Below are positions 39,409 to 47,508 of a DNA stretch of 64,000 nucleotides, in pieces. The stretch covers positions 544,001 through 608,000 of the forward strand of contig CBDCSU010000004.1 of the NCBI GenBank assembly GCA_965221775.1. Reading direction: 5' to 3'. This stretch comes from Candidatus Latescibacterota bacterium. Lineage in GTDB: Bacteria > Latescibacterota > UBA2968 > UBA8231. Made by a program: the position numbers and the translations under genes. The notes below the pieces were generated by a model. The model was given only the letters and a program-made list of their open reading frames with translations, was not told the origin of the DNA and did no database searches. The number at the start of each line of letters is the position of its first letter. The first letter of the stretch is position 1.

Positions 39409-41766
39409 ATGGAAGGTCCCGGCAGCGGCGCCGGGGGCCTGACGCGCGGTCAGGCGACCCGGGCCCGGCAGGCGTTCATAACCGCCGGCGGCCTCTGGGG
39501 GGTCTGGAGCCAATCCGTGGGGATCGGCACCGCCGTGTTCACCGGCTACGCCCTCCACCTCGGCGCCGATGCCTCCTACATCGCCCTCTTCACCTTCGTG
39601 GCCTACCTGTTGGCCACCGTGCAGCTTCTCATGCCCGTCCTGGGACGGTACCTGGGGCGGAAGGGCGTCATCATCTCCGTGGGCATGGTGGAGATCGCCC
39701 TGCGGAGCTCCCCACCCCTGGTTCCCCTGCTCTTCGCGCCGCCCATGCAACTGCCGGCGCTCATGGTGCTCGTCGGACTCGGCCTGCTGTGCGGCTACTC
39801 CCTCTCCCCCTTCTACAACACCTGGGTGGCCAGTGCCGTGCCCGGCAACATACGAGGCCGGTTCACGAGCCGCCAGACCATCGTCAGCACCCTCGTGGCC
39901 ATGGTCGCCGGATTCGCCATCGGCGGATTCATCGACGATTTCGGGGCGGCGGGCAAGCAGGTCCGGTTCCACATCGTCTTCGCCGTGGGCGCGATCTTCG
40001 GCTGGCTCGGTTATATCCGGCTGAGTCGAGCCTCCTACACCGACGGCAACGAGGCAGACCGGGGCGACGAAGGGGACGGCCTCGCCCGCCTGGTCGAGCC
40101 CTTCCGGAACGGGAACTTCCTCCGGGCGGTGCTGTTCTTCGGATTCTGGACCTTCGGCCTGAGCATCGCCCAGCCCCTGTACAGCGTGTTCATGCTCGAT
40201 CACCTTGGGATCTCCTACAAGACGATCGCCATCTTCAACGCCGCCTTCATGCTCACCAGCATCCTCGGATACCGGCTGTGGGCGAGCCTCGTCGACCGTT
40301 TCGGCAGCAAGCCCGTACTGCAGATCCTGATGCTTCCCGCCACCTTCCTGCCCGTGCTGTGGGTGTGCAACGCTCCAGGTGCCTACACCATGATCCCGGT
40401 GGCTCTGGTCCTCTCCGGCGTCCTGTTCTCGGGCATCCTGGTGGCCGTGACCCCCCTCCTCTACGGGCTGGCGCCGGCCGGCGGTCCACGCCCCTACTAC
40501 CTGGCCTCCTGGTCGGCGACGGTGAACCTGATGGGCGCCCTCGGCGCCCTGGCCGGCGGGATCCTGGTGCGCGCCCTCCGCGACGTGAGCTTCCAGATCG
40601 AGGACTTCCCCATCGGCCACCTGCAGATCATCATGCTCTTGAGCGCCGTGACTCGGATCCCGTCGATCCTGCTCCTCGGATTCGTCTCCGACCGCAGCTC
40701 GATCTCTTCCCGCCACCTCCTGTCCCACCTCTTCCGAGGCAACCTGCTCAGCTACACTTTCAACACCGCCGTCTACACCATGGCCCGGCAGGAGCAGCGG
40801 CGGGCCCGGGCGGCTCTCGCCCTGGGACGGTCGGGAAGTCCGCTGGCCATCGAGCAGTTGATCCAGGCCCTGGCCGACGCCAGCCCCGTGGTGCGCCGGA
40901 GCGCCGCCCGCGCCCTGGGAGAGACCGGCTCCGCCCAGGCCACCGACTCCCTGGTGCGGGAGCTCCTCGACGGCGAGTCGGACATCCGCTCGGAGGCAGC
41001 CGAGGCCCTTGGCCGCCTCGGCCACCAGAGCGGCGTCGACCCCCTGGTGGAGGCCCTGGACGACGAGGATCCCCGGGTTCGCATCAGCGCCATCCGCGGC
41101 CTGAGCGAGATCGGCGGGGACGAGGCGCGGGAGCTGTTGTTCTGGTACTTCGGAGAGCACCTGGATGACCCCGTCGCCTTTCCCACCCTCGTGGATGTCC
41201 TCAGTCACATGGGCGACCACCGGGTCGTGCGGCCCACCCTGCAGCGGCTCGGCCGCTTCCGCTCGGCGGCGGTCCGCCTGCAACTGCTGAACAGCGTCTG
41301 CTACGCCCTCGGAGCCGGTGGCGAGTTCTACCGCCTGCTGTCACAGGAGGAGTCCCAACGCCCCTCATCCCTGGCCCGGCGGTTGCGGCGCCTGGAGAAC
41401 TCCCTCGCCCACAGCCCCGCCCTCGACAGGGGGATGCGCGAAGAAGCCCGCATGGCTATTCGGAGCATGGCCCGGGCCGTCGACGCCGAGAACCTGGATG
41501 CACTGGAGGAATCCGCCCGCCAGCTGGCCGGGGCCGTCCGGGATGGTCTGTCGGCGGCAGGGAGGCCCCCCTACGAGGTGCTGTCCGTCTACCTTGTGAT
41601 CCTCGCCCTGGAGACCTTCCTGGCCAGCAGGGGCCGCTCCGATCTGACGGCGGCTCGGGAGATCTTCGTCATCGTCTGCCTGGGCCGCATGGGCCGGCTG
41701 GTGCGGGAGCTGGACTTGCCGGGCTCCTCACCCGGCCCGAGGGACCGGCGGGGGCAGCCCCCCTAG
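39409..41766 (+). CDS. MFS transporter fused to C-terminal HEAT repeats
   Basis: About 12 hydrophobic segments, LVDRFGSKP loop, then repeats such as VRRSAARALGETG and IRSEAAEALGRLG. Confidence 0.85.
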   Translation: MEGPGSGAGGLTRGQATRARQAFITAGGLWGVWSQSVGIGTAVFTGYALHLGADASYIALFTFVAYLLATVQLLMPVLGRYLGRKGVIISVGMVEIALRSSPPLVPLLFAPPMQLPALMVLVGLGLLCGYSLSPFYNTWVASAVPGNIRGRFTSRQTIVSTLVAMVAGFAIGGFIDDFGAAGKQVRFHIVFAVGAIFGWLGYIRLSRASYTDGNEADRGDEGDGLARLVEPFRNGNFLRAVLFFGFWTFGLSIAQPLYSVFMLDHLGISYKTIAIFNAAFMLTSILGYRLWASLVDRFGSKPVLQILMLPATFLPVLWVCNAPGAYTMIPVALVLSGVLFSGILVAVTPLLYGLAPAGGPRPYYLASWSATVNLMGALGALAGGILVRALRDVSFQIEDFPIGHLQIIMLLSAVTRIPSILLLGFVSDRSSISSRHLLSHLFRGNLLSYTFNTAVYTMARQEQRRARAALALGRSGSPLAIEQLIQALADASPVVRRSAARALGETGSAQATDSLVRELLDGESDIRSEAAEALGRLGHQSGVDPLVEALDDEDPRVRISAIRGLSEIGGDEARELLFWYFGEHLDDPVAFPTLVDVLSHMGDHRVVRPTLQRLGRFRSAAVRLQLLNSVCYALGAGGEFYRLLSQEESQRPSSLARRLRRLENSLAHSPALDRGMREEARMAIRSMARAVDAENLDALEESARQLAGAVRDGLSAAGRPPYEVLSVYLVILALETFLASRGRSDLTAAREIFVIVCLGRMGRLVRELDLPGSSPGPRDRRGQPP

Positions 41767-42470
41767 CGGTGCAGCCGCCGGATGCGCCGAAGCTCGCGCA
41801 GATTCCGCAGACTGCCGGAGACGGGCCGGAAGCGGCTGTCGGGGTCGTCCCGCCAGCACACCGGGATGCGCGCGATGGAATAGCCCGCCTGTGTCGCCAG
41901 CAGCAGGATCTCCACGTCGAACATGTAGCCGTCGACCCGGGCCGACTCGAAGAGCCCGCGCATGACGGGAGCGCGGAAGAACTTGAAACCGCACTGGGTG
42001 TCCGGGAGCTCCCCGAGGCCCAGCCACCATCGCGTCAGGCGCCGGAACTGGGCCGAGCCCCACTCCCGGTAGGGACGGCGCGGGGTCTGGATGTCGGACC
42101 CGGGGAGCGTGCGGTCCCCGATCGCGATATCCGTTCCGGTGGACAGTACCCGGAGAACCTCGTCGAGAGCGGCCGCGTCGGTCTTGTCGTCGGCATCGAT
42201 GAAGCCCACCACCCGGCCCCGGGCGGCCTCGAGGCCCAAACGGACGGCGGCGCCCTTGCCCCGGTTCCGGTCCGACCGGAGGCAGCGCAGCTCCGGCCGA
42301 GCCGCAGCGGCCTCTTCCACTGCCTCCGACGTGCCGTCATCGCTGCCATCGTCGATGACGATGATTTCGTGCTCCCAAGGCCTCGAGGCCAGGAAGGCCC
42401 GCAGCCGGTCGATGGTGCCAACGATGCGGCGGCGCTCGTTGAAGGCGGGGATCAGTACGCTCAGGTCCAT
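41763..42470 (-). CDS. GT2 glycosyltransferase (polyprenol-phosphate glycosyltransferase-like)
   Basis: SVLIPAFNE, DDGSDD, NRGKGAAV, DAD, DTQCGFK, FDVEIL. Confidence 0.92.
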   Translation of the reverse strand: MDLSVLIPAFNERRRIVGTIDRLRAFLASRPWEHEIIVIDDGSDDGTSEAVEEAAAARPELRCLRSDRNRGKGAAVRLGLEAARGRVVGFIDADDKTDAAALDEVLRVLSTGTDIAIGDRTLPGSDIQTPRRPYREWGSAQFRRLTRWWLGLGELPDTQCGFKFFRAPVMRGLFESARVDGYMFDVEILLLATQAGYSIARIPVCWRDDPDSRFRPVSGSLRNLRELRRIRRLHR

Positions 42471-42569
42471 GCCGGAAGCACGAAGCAGGACCACACGCCG
42501 GGACGGCGCCTTCGGGTGGCAGGGCCGATCCCCCAGGCTCTATACTCTCGGAAACCGGACGAGGGGGCC

Positions 42570-42917
42570 ATGAGCGAAGAGACGGTATTCGACCGGATCC
42601 TGAGTGGAGGGATCTCCGCCGACATGGTGTACGAGGACGAGCACTGCGTCGCCTTCCGCGACATCAACCCCCAGGCGCCCGTCCACGTGCTGGTCATCCC
42701 GCGCCGCAAGATCACCGGCCTGCAGGCGGTGGAGCCGGCCGATGCCTGCCTCCTAGGGCAGCTGATGGCGGCCGCCTGCGCCGTCGCCCGGCAGGAGGGG
42801 GTCCGGGAGAGCGGATTTCGATGTGTGATCAACGCCGGCGCCCAGGGAGGACAGGAGGTGCCCTATCTCCACGTGCACCTGCTGGGGGGAAGACAGCTTG
42901 GGTGGCCGCCGGGGTAA
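42570..42917 (+). CDS. HIT-family nucleotide hydrolase (HinT-like)
   Basis: AFRDINPQAPVHVLVIP, GQEVPYLHVHLLGGR, WPPG. Confidence 0.93.
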   Translation: MSEETVFDRILSGGISADMVYEDEHCVAFRDINPQAPVHVLVIPRRKITGLQAVEPADACLLGQLMAAACAVARQEGVRESGFRCVINAGAQGGQEVPYLHVHLLGGRQLGWPPG

Positions 42918-42949
42918 CGGCTCCGGGAGCTCGTCGGAACTGTGTGGCG

Positions 42950-43573
42950 TCAGTCGCGCCGGATCAGGACGATGCCGTTGGCAGCGCCTGGCACGGCACC
43001 CTTGATGAACAGAAGGTTGCGCTCCCCGTCGACGCGGACGATCTGCAGGCCCCGGGTGGTGACCCTGCGGTCCCCCATGTGGCCGGGCATCTTCTTGCCC
43101 TTCCACACCTTGCCGGGCGTCGTTCCCTGGCCGATGGCGCCGGGGTGCCGCACGCGGTCGGGCGTACCGTGAGAGGTGTTCTTGCCGCGGAAGCCGTAGC
43201 GCTTGACGACGCCGGCGAAGCCCTTGCCCTTGGATCGGCCGGTGACCTTGACCGTGTCGCCCGCCTCGAACTGGGAGACGTCCAGCACCTGACCGACCTC
43301 GAATTCCGCCTCCACCCCTTCGGTGCGGACCTCTCGCAGGTGCCGGTGGGGGGCCACGCCGGCCTTGGCGAAGCGGCCGCCGGCCGGCTTGTTCCGCTTG
43401 CGCGCGGGTACCTCCTCGAAAGCGAGCTGCACGGCCGCGTACCCGTCCCTGTCGGGCGACTTGACCTGGACAACGGGGCAGGCTCCCGCGGCGACGACCG
43501 TCACCGGGACCAACTCCTGCCGATCGTTGTACATCTGGGTCATGCCCAGCTTCTTGCCGATCAAACCGGCCAT
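42950..43573 (-). CDS. rplC: 50S ribosomal protein L3 (relocated)
   Basis: GKKLGMTQ, DGYAAVQL, SKGKGFAGVVKR, KGKKMPGHMG, KGAVPG. Confidence 0.98.
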   Translation of the reverse strand: MAGLIGKKLGMTQMYNDRQELVPVTVVAAGACPVVQVKSPDRDGYAAVQLAFEEVPARKRNKPAGGRFAKAGVAPHRHLREVRTEGVEAEFEVGQVLDVSQFEAGDTVKVTGRSKGKGFAGVVKRYGFRGKNTSHGTPDRVRHPGAIGQGTTPGKVWKGKKMPGHMGDRRVTTRGLQIVRVDGERNLLFIKGAVPGAANGIVLIRRD

Positions 43574-43656
43574 CTGGCTATCCTCGTCCACTTGTTCCCG
43601 CGGGATCGGCTGGGCCCACCGCACGGGCCTCTTGGCTTCTCGGATTGAAACATGAA

Positions 43657-43685
43657 AAGGTAGGAAGCGCCCACCACCTTGGCAA
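43657..43685 (-). promoter_or_regulatory. Sigma70-type promoter of stand-alone rplC
   Basis: Minus strand TTGCCA-17 nt-TACCTT. Confidence 0.6.
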
Positions 43686-44596
43686 TATCGTCCGATCCGC
43701 GGGCGCCGCTGGATGCCGTCCTCCGCGGAGGGGCCCTCGGGGACTTCGTCCTGACTTTGCCCGCCATCGCCGCTCTGCGAGAATCGGGAGACGAGGGGAT
43801 GCTGATCATCGGCGATCCCTCCCGCGCCCCTCTGGCTTCACCGACGGGGATCGTCAGCGACGATTCCGCAGCCTGGTCCCGCCTCTACGCCGGCGGCCCT
43901 CCGGAGCCGTCCCTGCGTCGGCGGTTCGCCGGTTGCCGGCGCCTGCTCGCCTACGTCCCCGGCGGCGAGGCGTCCGCTCCCGGCCTGGTGGCCTCTCTGC
44001 GCCAGTTGGCCGCCAAGGTGGTCGTCGCCGATCCCCTCCCTGCCGAGGGGGGAGGCATCCACATGGCCTCCCACTTGTCGCGCCCCCTCGCGGAGTTCGG
44101 CATCCGGCCGCCCGACGCTCCCCTGCCCCGCGTCGACGTGCCCCCCCGAACCCGGAGGCGGGGTCCGGTGGTCGTCCACCCCGGCAGCGGGAGCCTTGAC
44201 AAGTGCTGGCCGGTCCCGCGCTTCGCGAGGGTTCTCGAGTGGATCTCGCGCCGGGTTCCCGCCGTCGTGCTGTGGGGACCCGCCGAGGAGGCCCGTCGAG
44301 AGCAGCTCGACCACTTCCTGCCTCTGAATCGCCTCTCCCCCGCAACGCCCGTCGAGCTGGCACAGGCCCTGGCCGGCGCCCGCCTGTACATCGGCAACGA
44401 CTCGGGACCCGGTCATCTCGCGGCGGCGGTGGGCACACCCACCATCTCTCTCTTCGGACCCACCGATCCCTCTCTATGGCGGCCGTTGGGCCCCCGGTCC
44501 ACGGTGATCGAGGCGCCCGGGGCGCACATGGATTCCCTCGCCGTTGAGGAAGTCCTCCGCTCGGTGGAGGCGGAGCTGGCCCTGGACCCATGCTGA
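43679..44596 (+). CDS. GT9 glycosyltransferase (heptosyltransferase-like; start uncertain)
   Basis: GALGDFVL, HPGSGS..KCWP, IGNDSGPGHLAAA, LFGPTDP. Confidence 0.9.
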   Translation: MAISSDPRAPLDAVLRGGALGDFVLTLPAIAALRESGDEGMLIIGDPSRAPLASPTGIVSDDSAAWSRLYAGGPPEPSLRRRFAGCRRLLAYVPGGEASAPGLVASLRQLAAKVVVADPLPAEGGGIHMASHLSRPLAEFGIRPPDAPLPRVDVPPRTRRRGPVVVHPGSGSLDKCWPVPRFARVLEWISRRVPAVVLWGPAEEARREQLDHFLPLNRLSPATPVELAQALAGARLYIGNDSGPGHLAAAVGTPTISLFGPTDPSLWRPLGPRSTVIEAPGAHMDSLAVEEVLRSVEAELALDPC

Positions 44597-45243
44597 GATT
44601 CGGACACCGGAAGGCGGACGACCGGAAGCTGCGCACCCGGATGGTGAAGGATCAGCTGCGGCGCCGGGGGATCCGCGATGAAAGGGTCCTGTCCGCCTTC
44701 GAGCGAGTGCCCCGCCACGCCTTCGCTGACGGCGTGGATCTGGCGCGCTGCTACGGCGACCACCCCCTGCCGATCAGCTGCGGCCAGACCATGTCGCAGC
44801 CTTACGTCGTAGCCTACATGCTCGAGACGGCGGGGATTGGCGAGGACGACCGTGTCCTCGAGATCGGCGCTGGCTGCGGCTATCAGACGGCCCTGCTGGC
44901 GGAACTCGCCCACCAGGTCATGGCCCTGGAGTACCACGAAGAGCTGGCGACCCCGGCCCGCCACCGGCTCCACCGGCTCGGCTACGCCGGAGTCGATCTC
45001 CGGGTCGGTGACGGACACTTCGGCTGGCCGGGCGGCGGCGTCTTCGATGTCGTCATCGGCTCGGCGGCTGCGCCCCGCATCCCCGACCCCCTCCTCGCGC
45101 AACTGGCACCGGAAGGACGGCTGGTCATGCCACAGGGAGCCGGTACCGACCAGCAACTGGTTCTGGTCCGCAGGTGCTCCACCGGCTTCGACCAGCGACG
45201 GCTGCTGCCCGTGCGCTTCGTGCCCTTCCTGGGTGAGGGGTAG
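44590..45243 (+). CDS. pcm: Protein-L-isoaspartate O-methyltransferase
   Basis: VPRHAF, GQTMSQPY, VLEIGAGCGYQ, VRFVPF. Confidence 0.95.
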   Translation: MLRFGHRKADDRKLRTRMVKDQLRRRGIRDERVLSAFERVPRHAFADGVDLARCYGDHPLPISCGQTMSQPYVVAYMLETAGIGEDDRVLEIGAGCGYQTALLAELAHQVMALEYHEELATPARHRLHRLGYAGVDLRVGDGHFGWPGGGVFDVVIGSAAAPRIPDPLLAQLAPEGRLVMPQGAGTDQQLVLVRRCSTGFDQRRLLPVRFVPFLGEG

Positions 45244-45247
45244 CTCC

Positions 45248-45760
45248 TCACTCCACGGCTTCGACGATCTCGATCATCACCCGTGCCGTCCCCTGCTTGA
45301 CCATCTCCAGCTCCAGGGCCGCAGCGAAGGAGAGATCGAGGATCCGCCCCTCGATGTACGGTCCGCGATCGTTCACCTTGGCCACCACCCATCGGCCGTT
45401 CTCGAGATGGGTGACCTTCACCACCGTGCCCAGGGGAAGCACGCGATGGGCCGCGCTCACTTTGTACATGTTGAAGGTCTCGCCGTTGGCCGTCTTGCGA
45501 CCGTGGAACTTCTTCCCGTAGTACGAGGCGATCCCGATCTGGTAGGCCTTGTCGGTGGAGATCTTGTCGAGGTCGACGGGATGGGCGGGGGCCTTGGGAC
45601 GAATGACAGGCGGAGGCTTCTTGTTCCGGCCGCGGTCGCCGGGGGACTGTGCCTTCCTGGGACTGGCCGGTGCGGAGCCCGGTTGGCTGCGGTAGACGGG
45701 GGCTGGCGAGCAACCGTCGAGCAGGATGACGAGGGTGAGGGCGGCGATGTAGCGTGCCAT
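45248..45760 (-). CDS. rlpA: RlpA-family septal lytic transglycosylase lipoprotein
   Basis: Lipobox-like LDGC, GIASYYG, TANGE, VNDRGPY, ILDLS. Confidence 0.93.
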   Translation of the reverse strand: MARYIAALTLVILLDGCSPAPVYRSQPGSAPASPRKAQSPGDRGRNKKPPPVIRPKAPAHPVDLDKISTDKAYQIGIASYYGKKFHGRKTANGETFNMYKVSAAHRVLPLGTVVKVTHLENGRWVVAKVNDRGPYIEGRILDLSFAAALELEMVKQGTARVMIEIVEAVE

Positions 45761-45779
45761 TGGGTCTCGCCAGGAACAC

Positions 45780-46691
45780 TCAGAGCCTGAGCGTGCCCAC
45801 CAGGCTCTCCACTCGGTCCACATCCTCCTGCCGGCAGTACTCCTCGATGCCATCGACGATCCCGTCCGCGGCGGCGGGCTCGACGAAGGTGGCGGTCCCG
45901 ACCTGGACCGCCGTCGCTCCGGCGACGATGAACTCGAGAGCGTCGGTGGCGTTTGAGATGCCCCCGAGGCCCATGATCGGCAGATCCACGGACTGCCTCA
46001 CCCTGTGCACCATCGCCAGGGCCACCGGCTTGATCGCCGGGCCGGAGAGCCCTCCCGTCACGTTGGCGAGAAAGGGGCGGCGCGATGGCAGGTCGACGGC
46101 CATGCCCAGAAGGGTGTTGATCATCGACAGGCCGTCCGCTCCCGCATCCGCCACGGCCCGGGCGATGGCGGAGATGTCGGTCACATTCGGCGTGAGCTTG
46201 GCCACCACCGGCCGCCTCGTCGAGTCGCGCACGGAGGCTATCACCTCGGCCGAGGCCCTGGGACTGCAGCCGAAGAGCATGCCCCCGTCCTTCATGTTTG
46301 GAGAGGAGATGTTGACCTCGATAGCGGCGATCCCCTCCGCTTCGTCGAGCCTGGCGGCCATCTGCCCGTGAAGCCGGGGCGTGGGCGCGGCAATGTTGAC
46401 GATGACCCGCGTGTCGAGCCGGGAGAGGAAGGGCCACTTGTCGGACAGGAAGGCCTCCAGCCCCGGGTTCTGCAAGCCGATGGAATTGAGCATTCCCGCC
46501 GGCGTCTCCACGACGCGGGGCGGCGGATTCCCGGAGCGCGGTTCAGGTGTGATCGTCTTGGTGACGATGCCCCCGAGGCGCGCCAGGTCGATGAATGGCG
46601 TGAGCTCATCTCCGTACCCGCAGGTGCCGGATGCGAGGACCACCGGGTTGCGCAACTCGATGCCGGCGAAGGTCGTCTTCAGGTCGACCAT
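45780..46691 (-). CDS. pyrD: Dihydroorotate dehydrogenase B, catalytic subunit
   Basis: LASGTCG, NSIGLQNPG, NISSPN, KLTPN, GGLSGPAIKP. Confidence 0.95.
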   Translation of the reverse strand: MVDLKTTFAGIELRNPVVLASGTCGYGDELTPFIDLARLGGIVTKTITPEPRSGNPPPRVVETPAGMLNSIGLQNPGLEAFLSDKWPFLSRLDTRVIVNIAAPTPRLHGQMAARLDEAEGIAAIEVNISSPNMKDGGMLFGCSPRASAEVIASVRDSTRRPVVAKLTPNVTDISAIARAVADAGADGLSMINTLLGMAVDLPSRRPFLANVTGGLSGPAIKPVALAMVHRVRQSVDLPIMGLGGISNATDALEFIVAGATAVQVGTATFVEPAAADGIVDGIEEYCRQEDVDRVESLVGTLRL

Positions 46692-46695
46692 TCCC

Positions 46696-47508
46696 TCACC
46701 ACTCGACGGTTCGGGCGTCGTACACGGGCCCGTCAACACAGACCCGACTGTACCGATGATAAGGATCGAGCCCGTTTTCGGCTCGCCCCACCACGCAGCC
46801 CACGCAGACGCCGAAGCCACAGGCCATGTACTCCTCCAGGGAGGCGTAACAGCGAACCCCGAGGTCCGCACAGATGCGGGCCACGGAGGCCATCATGGGA
46901 TGTGGTCCGCAGGTGTAGACCGTGGGCTTCGGAGCCGCCAGAGCCTGAACGAGCAGGTCCGTGACCCGCCCGGGGTGGCCCAGCGAGCCATCGTCCGTCG
47001 CCCGCAGGAAGCTTGCCGCCGCGGGGTGGAACAGCTCCTCGGGCAGGTGCCGCTCGGCACTCCGGGCGCCCGCCAGGAGGAGGACATGGCGGCCCTCCTC
47101 GCGAAGGCGCCGGCCGAGGAACAGCAGCGGCGGCAGACCGATCCCCCCTCCCACGAGTAGCGCGGTACCCTCGCCCTCAAGCAACGGGAATCGATTGCCC
47201 AGGGGCCCGAGGCAGCCGATCGTCTCCCCCTCGGGCAGCCGCGACAGAACCCTCGTCTTGGGGCCGACCCGGTCGTAGAGGACGTCCACCGTCCCCTCCG
47301 CCGCGTCGACTCCGGCCACGCTCATGGGTATGCGGAGGTATGGCGAGAGCAGGCCGGGCCGGGGCTGCAGCTGCAGGAACTGCCCCGGATGAGCCTCCAC
47401 CGCCGCCCCGGGTACCTCGAGGCGGGAAAGGAAGAACCCCGCCGCCACCTCGACGGTCTCCCGCAGGCGTGCCGGAGCGTCCACGGGAGGGCGGAACGGG
47501 GCCGTCAC
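46696..47508 (-). CDS. pyrK: Dihydroorotate dehydrogenase electron transfer subunit
   Basis: GGGIGLPP, CGPHPM, MACGFGVCVGC, VCVDGPV. Confidence 0.94.
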   Translation of the reverse strand: MTAPFRPPVDAPARLRETVEVAAGFFLSRLEVPGAAVEAHPGQFLQLQPRPGLLSPYLRIPMSVAGVDAAEGTVDVLYDRVGPKTRVLSRLPEGETIGCLGPLGNRFPLLEGEGTALLVGGGIGLPPLLFLGRRLREEGRHVLLLAGARSAERHLPEELFHPAAASFLRATDDGSLGHPGRVTDLLVQALAAPKPTVYTCGPHPMMASVARICADLGVRCYASLEEYMACGFGVCVGCVVGRAENGLDPYHRYSRVCVDGPVYDARTVEW

